Shown here one piece after another: positions 1 to 12,556 of a DNA stretch of 64,000 bases. Numbering within the stretch: the stretch's first letter is position 1; every line of letters starts with the position of its first letter. The DNA is from Octopus sinensis. Its lineage: Eukaryota. The notes beneath the pieces are model-generated. The model did not search any database. It was not told the DNA's origin and was given only the letters and a program-made list of their open reading frames with translations. The stretch is from assembly GCF_006345805.1 (NCBI RefSeq), contig NC_043015.1, positions 18,972,001 through 19,036,000 on the forward strand, given 5' to 3'. The position numbers were made by a program, and so were the translations under genes.

Positions 1-690
1 TAATAATTATAAAATATTTAAAAATAATAACTAAATTATTGTCAACAAATATAATAATTAAGATTTAAAATTACTCTATAAATAAATATATAGACATATA
101 ATTAAAAAATAAATTAATTAATTAGTCCATTATTACTTACGTAAATATTAAATATTGATATAATATATTTATGAAATACATTAAAAAATTAAAGATTAAA
201 AAGCAAATTATAAACGTATAACCTATCTTAAAAGAACCGTATAACTATTTAACGATCTTTATATCTCGTTGGCTAAGTAATAACTTACAAATAACGTACA
301 GTTATAATCTAATAATGAAATACATATCTTCAACAACTGAGTATAGAATCAAATTAACAATCAGTAGTTATATAGTATACAATACAATACAATAAAACTT
401 ATTAAAATATCTTTAATAGTAAAGGTTTACTTAGCTTTCAAAAATCGTGTCATTAATTAAAATTATAATAAACAGATGGAAAATTCTTTTAACAATGAAA
501 ACTACGAATATATTTTATCAATGATAATTACGAATATCAATGGAAAAAATGGCTATATTTTGGCTATAATAGATAAAGAGAACAAAGTCACTATTAGAGA
601 TATCTATGAAGATATAATATGACTTTAAAAAAACATAATAAACTCACGAATATCTTTAACTCAGATATAGTCCAATATTTAATTACCAAA

Positions 691-1990
691 TTATTTAACT
701 AAATAATAAATGGTGGCCTCAATCAAGTGGGGCGTCAGGGACTTGATTTCTATGCAGGTCTCGTTGCACTGTTTAGGCGGAAGCAAATTTCTGATTAGCA
801 TAATTGGACATCCAGCCCTTAGCCTAAGAAGGTGAGGTTGAAGCCCTGCTGGCTCCAATGAGTCGAGAAATTCGATAGGATAATTGACATTGTCTTGGGG
901 GTCAGAGGTCCGATTAATCGATTTGTAAATGCGCTCCTCACCCGGAATTCGGCTTATGAGCTGGTCGTTGTTAGCACTGAGCCAATTGATGTCTGTATAA
1001 TTACTTTCTAGATTGGGGAACACTGTTTCCAAAATATCAGAAGAGTTTCCACGGTATTGCACAGTTCAGAGATGGATATGTCGCCCCTATCATTCCTAGG
1101 GACCTTGCCTTCTCTAAAGGCTAAAATGTCTTCAGCAAATGCTGCAGATGTGCTATCACCAAGCAAGTGCGCACGCATGCTTGTGCTTAGGCTTAAGGTC
1201 TTAACCTGGGGCCACAACGTGGATGACTTAAGGCATTCGCACACTTCATCAGCCCTGCTCACTTTAGGGATGACAGGAAGGTTTTGCCGGAAATCTCCCG
1301 AAAGCAATAGAGTTACACAACCCAACAAGCTGTAGAATCCCTGATATCTTTCAGTGACCGGTCAAGTGCCGCAAGGGCACCCTTATTCGTCCCATATAAT
1401 GAGACGGCACTGTCTAAGAACTTCAGCTTCCTCTCAATTTTTGCCAATGTTGCAAGTAGGAACCTCGACCCTCACCAAATCTAAAGACAGCTTGAATGCC
1501 GAGTGCGCCGCCCTACCTCCTGGCAAAAACCTAGCAGCGATTCCCGAGGCAACGGCTAGCGCAATTTGTTTCTCGCGACGAATCTTAGCAAGTATTAATT
1601 GTGTTACAAAGGATTTGCCGGTACCTCCAGGAGTATCGAGAAAAAAATGCCGCCCGACAGTTTTTCAAAGGCACTGACGACACTTTCGAACGCCAGCGTC
1701 TGATCAGAGAGCAATTTCGGTTCATTTACTCTCAGGTACTCCGCAAGGCCATCAGCATCATACGATAACGCCAGAAGTAACTTTGGTGCGAGTGTGTTAA
1801 CCGAATGTGCCCAACGCCGCCCCACCCATTTTAAGCAATGCATCCTCGATTTCAGTCAGCGCATTATTGTAGATCAGATCATTGTATCTAATGTCAGCAT
1901 TAGGGCACTGCTGCTTTGCCTGTCATCATTTACCTTGACCACCGAAAAAGCAAAATTACTTACAGAGAATTTCATAAACAGAAACGAATG
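691..1990 (-). mobile_element. Helitron Rep-Hel fragment (PIF1-family helicase), disrupted by frameshifts and stops
   Basis: Minus strand reads GGIFFLDTPGGTGKSF (Walker A, about 1615-1650), IALAVASGIAARFLPGGRAAHSAFKL, LLLSGDFRQNLPVIP (ORF 1008-1328) and YPIEFLDSLEPAGLQPHLLRLRAGCPIMLIRNL (ORF 691-1062). These are typical Helitron helicase motifs. Confidence 0.9.
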
Positions 1991-2001
1991 AAAAAAATTT
2001 T

Positions 2002-2414
2002 GGTAAAATTTTAGATTAACACTCGCACGATTTTCACTAAGAAGAAAAAATCGGATTTTTTTTTGCGTGAAATCAACTATCCTGGCCTCCTAATATGCTA
2101 CAAAACCCTTTTTGTGGTCCGAAAAACGGTGTGTGGTGTGGTGGAAGCCTCGGAAATTTCACCCCCACACCCATTGATCATTTTAGCATCTATTTTTCAA
2201 CGTACGTGGTAAAATACAGAGAATAAGAATATGGGATACATTTTTTAAAATCTCAAATTTACTATGAAAAACTACAGGTAAAATTTTAGATAACACTCGC
2301 ACGACTTTCACTAAGAAAAAAATCGGAAATTTTCCGTGGAATCAACTACCCTGCCCTCCTAATATGCTACAAAACACTTTTTGTGGTCCTAAAAACGGGG
2401 TAGGTGTGGTGGAG
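2002..2414. repeat. Two diverged direct copies of a ~140 bp unit (2002-2147 and 2277-2414), possibly internal to a non-autonomous Helitron
   Basis: Both copies read ggtaaaattttagat(t)aacactcgcacga..ttcactaagaa...cctcctaatatgctacaaaac.ctttttgtggtcc.aaaaacgg. Confidence 0.7.
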
Positions 2415-2600
2415 ATAGTGCTCATAGGGACTGTCCATATCCTACGTAAAATAATGACTATGTAATCACAAATTTTAAACAAACTCATAATTTTCTCATG
2501 GTTCTTTATACATTCTCTAGAACAATACTATGTACAAAACTAAATATATGGCACCCTAGGCATAACACCAACATGAGCTTCTAACTTGTCTCTTGAGGTC
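2415..2600 (+). mobile_element. 3' end of an R4/Dong-type RLE non-LTR retrotransposon (subfamily 1)
   Basis: Translates IVLIGTVHILRKIMTM* (matches the GTAHILRK C-terminus of R4/Dong ORFs), followed by a short 3' UTR and an (AAT)n tract at about 2601-2703. Confidence 0.6.
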
Positions 2601-2608
2601 TGTGGGTG

Positions 2609-2647
<39 letters not shown>

Positions 2648-2701
2648 GTAATAATAATAATAATAATAATACTATTAATAATAATAATAATAATAATAAT
2701 A

Positions 2702-2938
2702 ATCCTTTCTACTATAGGCGCAAGGTCTGAAATTGTGGAGAGGGGGCCAGCCGATTAGATCGACCCCAGTACGCAACTGGTACTTAATTTATCGACCCTT
2801 AAAAGATCAAAGACAAAGTCGACCTCGGTGAAACTTGAACTCAGAACTTAGCGACAGACGAAATACTGCTATGCATTAGGCCGAAATACTGCTAAGCATT
2901 TCGTCCGGCGTACTAACGATTCTGCCAGCACGCGGTCT
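2702..2938 (-). mobile_element. tRNA-derived SINE (family A)
   Basis: Reverse complement has the gctggcagaatcgttag head, a gagttcaagtttc B-box-like motif and the gggtcgataaattaagtaccag body shared with copies at 16104, 20206, 24085 and 39210. Confidence 0.8.
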
Positions 2939-2957
2939 TAACAACAACAACAACAAC

Positions 2958-3001
<44 letters not shown>

Positions 3002-3009
3002 GGAATATA

Positions 3010-3594
3010 TTCAGTGACACGACAGAGTTGGGACCTACATACACTGGAAGCTATACCAACACTATGGAATAATAACAGAAAAAAGATAGATAGGCACACA
3101 CCAGAAAAGGTCACAGAAAACGAGAAAGCAACCATACTCTGGGATATGCCAATACACACAGATAGAGAAATTAAGGCCAATAGGCCAGATATAGCTGTCA
3201 GAGATCATGAATATAAAAAAATGCTTTCTAATTGATGTATAAATACCAGCGGATGATAACGTTTCTCTAAAAGAAATGGAGAAACTTTCAAAATACAAAG
3301 ACCTGGAAATAGAGGTAACTCGAATGTGCAATCTAAAAACAGAAACAATTCCTATCATAATAGGCGCATTAAGTATGATAATAAAATATTCAGGCAAATA
3401 CATAAAAAAAACACCAGGACTTACAAATATATATAACATACAGAAAATTGCACTATTGGGCACTGCACACGTCCTACGCAAAACACTTTCAATACAGTAA
3501 CCATCAGAGCATCATAGCAAACCACAGCACATACCCAAGGTACACAGAGTTGCGCTCGGTAGTGAAGTGAAACCACGCTATAAAAATAAAACTA

Positions 3595-3597
<3 letters not shown>
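3010..3597 (+). mobile_element. 5'-truncated R4/Dong-type element: RLE endonuclease region and 3' UTR (subfamily 2)
   Basis: HTPEKVTENEKATILWDMPIHTDREIKANRPDI (PD of the RLE PD-(D/E)xK motif), then EKLSKYKDLEIEV...QKIALLGTAHVLRKTLSIQ*. Flanked by (TAA)n on both sides. Confidence 0.85.
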
Positions 3598-3679
<82 letters not shown>

Positions 3680-3681
<2 letters not shown>

Positions 3682-3862
3682 TGGAACTGCTGTCAGGCTC
3701 GAAGTGATCCAGTAGACAGCATTGTTGGGTACAGCTCGCATTCTAAGGAGAGTATTTTCTCTTTGAGTCACAGGCGAAGTCATTACTTGAAACATTTGGT
3801 GATCTGTTATTGCCTGCTTCGAAGTAAAGAACAACCGCAAATAGAACAGCGAGAATCAAAAC
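3680..3862 (+). mobile_element. 3' end of an R4/Dong-type element (subfamily 3)
   Basis: IGTAVRLEVIQ*TALLGTARILRRVFSL*, then a distinct 3' UTR followed by (AAT)n. Confidence 0.65.
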
Positions 3863-3904
3863 AATAATAATAATAATGATAATGATAATAATAATTACAA
3901 TAAT

Positions 3905-4690
3905 GCTTTCATTATTGGTCATAACGACCGAACACTAAACATAATGGAGAATAGGCAGACGAAAGACTGTGAGGTTATACTTTTAAACAACAAAACACAA
4001 TTAACAAGGAAAATTACTCAACAATATATAATGCTCCAATAGTGGGGGAGATCCACTGAGAGGTGACCAAGGCAACCTCATCCACTTTGGACCCCTAACA
4101 CCAAGGTACCTCAGGTAGGTGCCCCTCTCCTCCTCACTTCATCATGCCTACACGCACACAGAGTAGGCCCATTCACACGGGTTATCCTTGCTACATTCAC
4201 CCGTCTTTCGACAAACTTACTAGGTGACTGCACCTCCCTCTCCAGTCTCACCCTCCTTTTCATGTGGAGCCTGAAAAAGTCAATGAGGCCTTGGCCAAAG
4301 AGGAAGGTACCTATCTTCAACCCTTTCAGTTGTGTTCATCATACAACCGCTTTCATCATAGCCACCTGACGAAGGAAAACTGCCTTTCCTTCCCGGCGAA
4401 AGGAAGGAGGCAGGGCAATCTTCAATATGGACTCGGACGATTGCCGGATCCATCCTACACGTGACAATAACTGTTCGACGAAGCTCCACAAGTCAGCAAT
4501 GAGCGACACTACTGCTTGTAGAACGGTTCCCTCGCTCTGCATGCATCTTGTACAAGACCTTCTGACTGCACATCTGTGCCTGTAGAGCCTATCAGGCAGC
4601 GCCCCCAGGTAGCATTGCCAAGCCAGAGATTTCTGGAAATTACCCATAGGCCCCGGCCCGAAAGTCCTCCGGAAGGCATTAAGACGCTCC
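3905..4690 (-). mobile_element. Tx1-type L1-clade LINE, 3' fragment
   Basis: MGNFQKSLAWQCYLGALPDRLYRH...ADLWSFVEQLLSRVG...EGKAVF and FLFGQGLIDFFRLHMKRRVRLER match the ORF2 C-terminus of the copies at 29.5-32.1 kb and 57.8-61.3 kb. Confidence 0.8.
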
Positions 4691-4699
4691 TAAAATGTT

Positions 4700-5800
4700 A
4701 GTGTTCCAAGTTTTCTTTCACTTTTCCAGCCCGTTCATTTTTTGCCAGATAGTGGCCAAGCAGAATCTGTTCCTGCCATCATTTTAGTAAAACTTCCTGT
4801 AGCATTTGTTTAACATTTTAGCCTTTTCCCAATGTCTCTTGTTTCACTTGCAAAAGAGTGTCATGTCAGCCTATATTTTGTATTTGTCGGAATTTTAAGG
4901 CAGAAAACTGGTTTTTGTTTTGTTTATGTTGTAGGATCTGTTTGTGAAAGGCCTCCAGTTTCTTGAATTCATGGTAAATAATATTCTACATTGGTTGGTG
5001 TAAGTACAGTCATTACCTATCTTTTAGATAATTCATTTAACGACAAATTGAGAACTAAAAATTATTACTGACAGCTGCTGCGATACTAAAATCTATTGTC
5101 TTATTTATCGTATTTAACTCTGTTTTAAAATGCTAATCCAATGCATTTGTGATATTCCCTCCTAAGTTTTTCTTTCGTTTTTGTTGGCTGTACTGTTTCT
5201 AGTTCATTTAAAGTTTTGCATATCAATTTTCAACGCAGTTTCCCTATCCCTGTTTCTTTGTCTAATATGATATTACTGCTCATTTCTTTTTCTTTGTGAT
5301 TGCCTTAGTTTATATTTCTAACTAGAATCTCATGTATTTTTCCTCTAGCAAATATTTTTATTGCATGTAGCAGTGTTTCTAGACTTGAGGTCATCCACAT
5401 GCAAAAGATTATCTTTTCATTGTATTTGTATCAAGTTCAGTCTGCTTAAGCATGTTACATAAAAGTATTTCGTTTTGTTTGTTAATATTCGTAGGTGTAG
5501 CACGGTTTGATTTTAGGTCTTGATATTTGTTTTCCACATTTAAGATCTATCATCGCAATTAACGTTCTCAGTGGCTTTAGTATAGTTTTTTGTAATTTGT
5601 TCATTATTTATGCGTTCATTATGTATTCTTGCTAGTTCATTTAGTGTCAACTTACGAATACTATAAATAAAACTTACTAGGAAGGAAGCCAAGCAATTGA
5701 TGTGTGTTACCTTATATTTCACATTGAGCTGTGCCTTAAGTATTTATCGAATGTGTCTGTTATTCTTGTCTCTGTTTCTTGAGCTAGTATGATATTACTG
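4700..5800 (-). mobile_element. Highly decayed R4/Dong-type reverse transcriptase remnant
   Basis: Manual translation gives NLLHVDDLK (catalytic YxDD-like motif, about 5385-5415) and KEKLRREYHKCIGL (resembles KEKIRKEYYRR); many stops. Confidence 0.45.
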
Positions 5801-6059
5801 TTCACAATTTTAGAGATTTTTACTCTTGTCTCAATCAGCAAAATAGTTGGCCACCTACTCATGACATTGCTTACAATTGCTGTATATTTATGCTTTGCGA
5901 TATTTTAGCAGTTAAGGTTTTATAGAATTTAGTTTTGCAAGCAATGTACCTGTAGATTGTTGTTTCTTTCATCGTGAGAATTAAGATGATGTTTCCACTC
6001 AGTGAGTTGGAAAATACCTCGCGATATTTCTTCCGGCTCTTTACATTCTGCATTTAATT

Positions 6060-6690
6060 CCCAGCGCAGCCACCTTTCCTTTTCAACATTTTGGAGACGA
6101 TAAAATAAATTGTCAAAGCCTCCCTTTCCGCATCATGTAAAGCCTTCTCTTGCCAGTCATTTAATCTTTCTTCTTTCTCTGGTTTTTAACTTCATTTGGC
6201 ATCCTACAGTGATGCTAACAGCTCTTAATAAACAGTTTTCATTATTACCTACGTAGGAGGCTATATCTACTCTAGCTACCTGCACGCAGTCTTCTACTGA
6301 TATTAGCCCTCTTCCATCTCCCTTTCCAGGTAAGTATAATCTTGTTATTTCTGCTCTTGGATGGAGTCCTCCATTCATATTGAATTCCTTCCTAGTTCTT
6401 CTGTCTAGATTTGCTAATTCAGTTTTTGTCTAATCTACAAAAGCTACTGGGTATCTAAGTAATGATACCATCCAAGTATTTACAGCCTTACCTGGATTCG
6501 GGCCATTTAGCTTTGACTTCATTAGCTTCTTCACTCTTCTGATGTACTCCTTAATTTTAGTTTTCATTTCTATAGTTAGTACTCTATCAGATTCTAACAC
6601 TCCTAGTTACTTATAACTCTTTCCTTCTTTCTCCACAAAGCATTTGTAAGTAGCTCTCTCCTACTTTCACACATTCTCCTCGTCTAATAC
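6060..6690 (-). mobile_element. R4/Dong-type RT thumb-region fragment
   Basis: MNGGLHPRAEITRLYLPGKGDGRGLISVEDCV (the HP...RLY.PR..GGRGL motif), preceded by YKYLGVLESD-like sequence. Confidence 0.8.
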
Positions 6691-6699
6691 GGTATTACT

Positions 6700-8650
6700 T
6701 AGAGTGGGCAGTATAAATGTATGCGGTCTGGGGTCGTCAAGGAAGCAAGGTAGTTTGCTCACTGACCTCAAGTGGCGAAAATTAGACGTAATAGCTGCCA
6801 GTGAAACCAGGATCTTTGCATCTCTTAGTCGACCGGGAATGGGAGTGGGTGAGGTGGAGGTGTTGTTCAGAAAAGGCCTAGATCTCGAGATATTGTCCCG
6901 GAAGGTAGGATGGTGGTCCTGGACGTGAATGATAACGAACGCAGCGCCTTTAGACTGGTCGCTGTGTACTCACCGACCGGAGTGGGACAGCCGGATTTCT
7001 TTAGACGTTTGGAGGTCTTTCTTGGGACATCTCGCTCCTTAGTGTTAGTGGACGACTAGAACACCTTAGATGAACGTGTAGATTGGGTGGGGCTAGCCGA
7101 GAAGAAAGAAGGGTGCGCAAGCCTCGCAAACCTGCTCGGTCGTTTCCAATTGGCTGACAGGTTCAGACTGGATTTCCTGAATGCTCAAATGTAGACGTGG
7201 GCAAACAGCGTTGGGTCATCCAGACCGTAGCTATATAGGGTATTTTGTAGGCCAGCAGATAAGGATAGCATAGGTTGTCCACAATTTGAAGTTGTCAGCT
7301 ATACAGATCACGAATTTGTAATCTGTATGGTCGACCTAGGTAGGCTCCATAGGCAGGGCTCCTGATACTGGAAGCTAAACGCGTCTTTCTTGGCACGCCA
7401 AGCTTTCAGAGACCAGATTAGTTGACGGGTGCAGACATCAGCAACCGATGGTGGACAGCCCTAAAATGGGCGGTTACAATTGAGATGATAGGATTTAGCA
7501 GGGAATTAGCAATAGAGAATACTAGAGTAGAGGGAAAACTAGTTATGAAATTAGAAGAGACATTCAGTAGTGGCATAGCGACCGACGTGCTGGCAGTGAG
7601 ATTGGTTCTGAACCAATACTTCAACACCAAGCATGAAGATTGCATTGTCAGAGCGAGGGCACATGCTCTAAGACACGAGGGAATGAAAGTCGTTCTATGG
7701 GCGCGGCAATAAAACCACAATTCGGTCCTTGATGGGTTGGGACGGGCTTTCGGTCAGAGATGTGGGGTTCTGCGAAATGCCAATAACAGCAGAAGATATA
7801 CGTGACGCAGTGGACAATTGCACGGGGGAGAAGGTCTGCCCTTCGAACTTTATATTCATATGTCAGACTTGTTCAGTGAGCTTTTGGTAGATGTCTACCG
7901 CAACTGGCAGCAGAACGGGAGAATTCTCAGATTTGTGAGCCGATTTGTGGACATTGTTGATGACTTTAGGCTTGTAACTCTGCTGAATGCAGATTACAAG
8001 ATTTTGGCCAAGGTGTTAGCAAAGAGGCTGGCGCTTGTCGTGGACACTCTAGTGAGTGATGCACAGACTTGCGCTATCCCCAACAGATCTATCCCCGACA
8101 ACCTTCATCTCAGGCGATACATCATAGAGAGAGTTGTGGGGCGCTGGACGGAAGGACTGGTTAAGTTGCTTGGGATCTAGTTTGGTCCGAACCTCTAAGT
8201 GGACAAAAACTGGAGAGAGGTGACAGACAGGGTGGCTAGTCTCACCCAGACATGTGCTGAGAGCAAGCTGTCCTTGAAAAGTCGGGTGGAGGTGGTGAAT
8301 GCGTACATCTCATCTGTCATATACTACCGCCTGACTGTCGTCCCTTGCCCCACTTTGTGGCTAAACAGGCTGATACGCTTGCTCTTCTGCCTCTTGTGGA
8401 ATGGAAGGGTACCACTTGTCAGACAATCCATTTTCTGTCAGCACCCGTTGCATAGAGGACTGGGCAGCAATATCTCCAGCGATACCTTAGCGGTGAGCAG
8501 GTGTGGTTGCCGTTTGTTAGTCACGCTTTTCCGCAGCTCGTCTCCTTGACGGAGCTGAAGTCCTGGATCAGGCGTAGACTGAGACAGGGCACTTAACACC
8601 TAGAGTATCTCCAAGCGCCCACAGCCCTCGGCCAGTTGGGCAATGCGGTC
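6700..8650 (+). mobile_element. Decayed Tx1-type LINE ORF2 with multiple internal deletions
   Basis: APE start GSINVCGL..KQGSLL..DVIAASETR, RT segment FRLVTLLNADYKILAKVLAKRL and VEVVNAYISSVIYYRLTVVPCP, colinear with the copy at 57845-61270. Confidence 0.85.
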
Positions 8651-8966
8651 GGTGGAAGAATATATGAATATAAACCAAAAGTTTCATTCCCTATTCGCAT
8701 TCACGCACATTTTCACCCAATTTTCCTTTCATCTACAATAACAGACTTTGTCTAACAACCACTATGCAGCAGGAGTTGTAGTATCTGCGATAATAGGAAC
8801 ATTTACCAGATGCACCTCCTGTAGTACACAAAAGAGTTAAAAGAAAATAAACTAGAATCTTCGAATTTAATTATATGCAAGTGTCAATATTATGCCAGTT
8901 GCCATCAGTTATATGCTATTTCCATTCCAGTTATATTGTAAATTTCAGAATTCTTACTGCGACTTT

Positions 8967-9378
8967 GTATGTATGTATGTATGTATGTATGTATGTATGT
9001 ATGTATGTATGTATGTATGTATGTATGCATGCATGTATATATATGTATGTATGCATGTATGTATGCATGTATGCATGCATGCATGCATGCATGTATGTAT
9101 GTATGTATGTATGTTTGTATGTATGTATGTATGTATTATGTATGTATGTATGTATGTATGCATGCATGCATGTATATATGTGTATGTATGCATGTATGTA
9201 TGCATGTATGCATGCATGCATGCATGCATGTATGTATGTATGTATGTATGTATGTTTGTATGTATGTATGTATGTATGCATGCATGCATGTATGTATGTA
9301 TGTATGTATGTATGCATGCATGCATGCATGTATGCATGCATGTATGTAGACAAGTATGTTAGAATGTAGCTATCTGCC

Positions 9379-9428
<50 letters not shown>

Positions 9429-9530
9429 TACAGATGCATGGGGTGATTTGCGTATGCATTTGTATGTATTCATTTGCATATGTGCGTGCGTGTGTGTGTG
9501 TGTATGTGTGTGAGTATGTGCAAAATTATG
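8967..9530. repeat. Compound microsatellite (TATG)n/(TGCA)n/(TGTC)n/(TATC)n/(TG)n
   Basis: Direct reading; source of the MYVC/IHTY pseudo-ORFs. Confidence 0.95.
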
Positions 9531-10352
9531 TGCTTTGAAATAAACATATCATAGACTAACACAGCACCATCGTTGTAATAATAAAACAATCTAAATGAAG
9601 AGATGAACGACAGATTTACAATTCCCTAGACTAAGCTGTGATTCTTGAGCAAATTGCATGGTTCTTATCCTGCTGAAAATTGGTAATAAAAATCTCAAGA
9701 AAGAAGATATTGTTGAATAAAGAGGACTTTAACTTTTCTGTCTCTATGTAACTTTTTAATGCTTTGGTGATATAACTCTCAGCTGAAGATGAAAGTTTTT
9801 CGACGTCATTTATTTCTTTACTACGTTCCTTTAAATCTATAAGCCATGCATCGTAGAAGTTTAATTTGTCTCTCAGAAGCTATAATTAATCGTTTGAAAA
9901 TGCATCGCAATAAAACTGTTATGTATTGTATCTATCTACCTTTCCATCCATATATTCGCATACACGCACAGTCAGACACACACACACTTGCATACACACC
10001 ATGCACACACATATAGTTTGGTAATAAGTATCTAAAAGCACGCCGTGTGACGATTTAAATTCAACTCCATATAATGAATTAAATTCCAAAATATGCACCT
10101 AGGAGGGGAGTTTGTAAGCAGCTTTATATAAGTAGCCCTACAACTTAGGGTCATTGGCAGCAATATTCATTGAATACAAATACATATTATGTAGTAGAAG
10201 AAAAATATATATTTATAATAAAAATACATGCTTTCATAATTCATTCGGTAACGACATTAATAGCTATTTATGAGACAACTAAAACTTCAAGCTATCATAA
10301 GACTGCATCATAAAAGAATATTTATGCAATAAAGATATATGCATGTGTATAC

Positions 10353-10975
10353 ATTTATTTATTTATGGCTGCCCCCTCGTTATCGAGTATGGCCATTGCA
10401 CGAAGCTTAACTGTTACTGGTGTTGCGATCGAATGTGACTTTTTAGCCCAGCTAAAGATCTACAATGTCTTGTACAAAATTGGCAACTAAAACTTTTACT
10501 GGGCTTCATGTACCTTTGCATGTCGTTTAAGTCCTCCTGCCGAATTACACTCTCTTCCACATGCCCGACAGATACGATTAGTGGCCAGGTTGTCACTCAT
10601 CTGTCTCGTTTTATGACTACGAAGATGACTCATGAGTCCAGCTTTACTGAGGCAGGGTCTTGCACAGACATTGCATGTCAGAATCAAAGGAAGACCCTTC
10701 CCTTCTGGAAGTGCAACAGCGATGCCCTTCCTGACATCCCTCCTTACTTTCTCACGTGCAACTCGAGATTTCTCAAATGTGGCTGTCCCCTCATGCACAA
10801 TCCTTCTCCACCTGCTACGATCAATAGCTATGCCTTCCCATGTGTCAGGAGAGATGCAAGCATCCCCTAAGGAAGCCTTCAGCAAGTCCTTATACCTCTT
10901 TTTTGGTTTATGTGGAGGTCGTTCTCCTTTAGCTAACTCTCCATAAAAGGGTTGTTTTGGCATCCTTAAATACTT
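10353..10975 (-). mobile_element. RTE-clade LINE 3' fragment with three C2H2 zinc-finger-like motifs and a (TAAA)n tail
   Basis: RMPKQPFYGELAKGERPPHKPKKRYKD..LK...W...A.DRS.WR is the RTE C-terminal signature. Fingers: CNVC..HLRSH, CRAC..HAKVH and CQFC..HIRSQH. A short 3' UTR precedes the tail at 10353-10366. Confidence 0.85.
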
Positions 10976-11010
10976 CATTCTGACCATACATAGATACATA
11001 GATACATACA

Positions 11011-11044
<34 letters not shown>

Positions 11045-11097
11045 CATACATATATACATACATAAACACATAGCACACACACACATACATATGTGGG

Positions 11098-11128
<31 letters not shown>

Positions 11129-11593
11129 GTCCTTTCCCTCTCTGTCTTTTGTATCTCTCTCTGCCCTCTACTACTTTTCCCTCTCCAAATAGTGAAACGT
11201 GAATCGTGGCGCAACTGTCATCTTTTATTTTCTTTTCTTTTTCACGCCGATCGCCGAAAGGACTGGTCATATTTTATCTCGTTTCCCACTTTCAATACGT
11301 TTCGCTGTTTCTAATCTGTTGTCGTGCTTCTAATCCTTTGGGATATTCCTCCAGGTGTTAACCATATTTTCGTCTCGTGTCTGGCCCTAAGGTCCTATTC
11401 TATTTATTTATTTCAGGTTGCTCGTATGTCCACATTTCGTCTTGTTTGTTTTCGTCTTTGCCCCTCGTCCATTCACTAATGGTCTCGTCTTGAATCACAT
11501 TTATTTCATGTTTCCATATTCACTCCAGAGGAGAGTGATGTTACCGTTTGAAGGCGCGAAATTGCGTTAATTCTTCGGCGGATAACTGATGAG

Positions 11594-12215
11594 ACGAGGA
11601 GGTACCCAAAAGAAACCGGAATTTTGCAATGCATTTTATCCACTTAGTTTTACATGTTTACACTTTTATCACCATTTGAAGGAAGGCATCGATCCAGACG
11701 CGTCTTCCACTCTTCGAAGCAGTGTAGGATTTCTTGCGAAGTGATGCCTTTTAACGCCTCCGTTGTGTTTTTTATTTCTTTACCTCTTCCACATCTGCAA
11801 ATTCCATAGCACCAGCTTTCATCACCAGCGATGACCTTCGAAAAAGGTCCGGATCAACTTCCGACTATTCTTTCAGATAACGACACGCATTCAGTCATGA
11901 CTGCTTTTGATCTTCTGTGAGCAATCGAGGCACAAATTTTGCTGCAACGCTTTTCATTCGCAGTTCCCCGCTCAAACTCGAGCTCCAGGCCACAACAGTC
12001 AAGTTCGCCAATTGTTCGGTGACGGTCCTCCAAGATCAGTTCATGAGTTTTTGTTCTGTTTTCATTCGTTCAGGAGGTTGACTGTCAACCTGAACAAGGT
12101 TGGTCCTCAAGTAACAAGTGACCATTCTTAAAGCGTGAAAACCACTTGTAAACTTGTGATTTGCTCATGGCAGCAGTCTTGTAAGCTGTTTAAAGGATGG
12201 CAACTGTTTCAGTCC
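11594..12215 (-). mobile_element. Internally deleted mariner-family transposon remnant, one TIR retained
   Basis: AMSKSQVYKWFSRFKNG (HTH), MKSVAAKFVPRLLTEDQK, then a jump to FADVEEVKK. TIR-like acgaggaggtacccaaaagaaaccggaatt at about 11594-11623. Confidence 0.8.
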
Positions 12216-12374
12216 CCCCAGGGAAGAGGCACTACAAAGCAAAGATGCACCACGTGACAGTACTACCATACCCAACAACGCCGGTCGGCTGACAAATGCC
12301 TGGAGATCGCCTCTAGTGGCTTCTACTGTACTCTTTCATCATAACTTTCTCTCACTCTTACTTCCTGTTTCTGT

Positions 12375-12556
12375 TGTGCCTGTAATTCAAAGGGTAAGCC
12401 TTGTCACACTCTGTGTCACGCTGAATATCCCCAAGAACTACGTTAAGGGTACACATGTCGGTGGAGGGCTCAGCCACTTGCACGTTAATTTCACGAGCAG
12501 GCTGTTCGGTTGATCGGATCAACTGGAACCCTGGTCGTCGTAAGCGACAGAGTGCT
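12375..12556 (+). mobile_element. 3' portion of SINE family C
   Basis: tgtaattcaaaggg..gccttgtcacactctgtg...aactacgtta..ggtac.catgtc.gtggag...tcagccacttgcacgttaatttcacg matches 63140-63238. Confidence 0.55.

Noticed and set aside
8875-9538. Overlapping ORFs of MYVC/IHTY type (also at 18264-18907, 35986-36405, 40502-41481, 45620-46142 and 61946-62270)
   Set aside because: These are translations of stop-free microsatellites, with no domain content.
11520-11600. Hammerhead-like words CCAGAGGA...GAAATTGCGTTA and a following CTGATGA
   Set aside because: The first has a mutated core and poor stems II and III; the second is cut off by the mariner TIR with no downstream GAAA.
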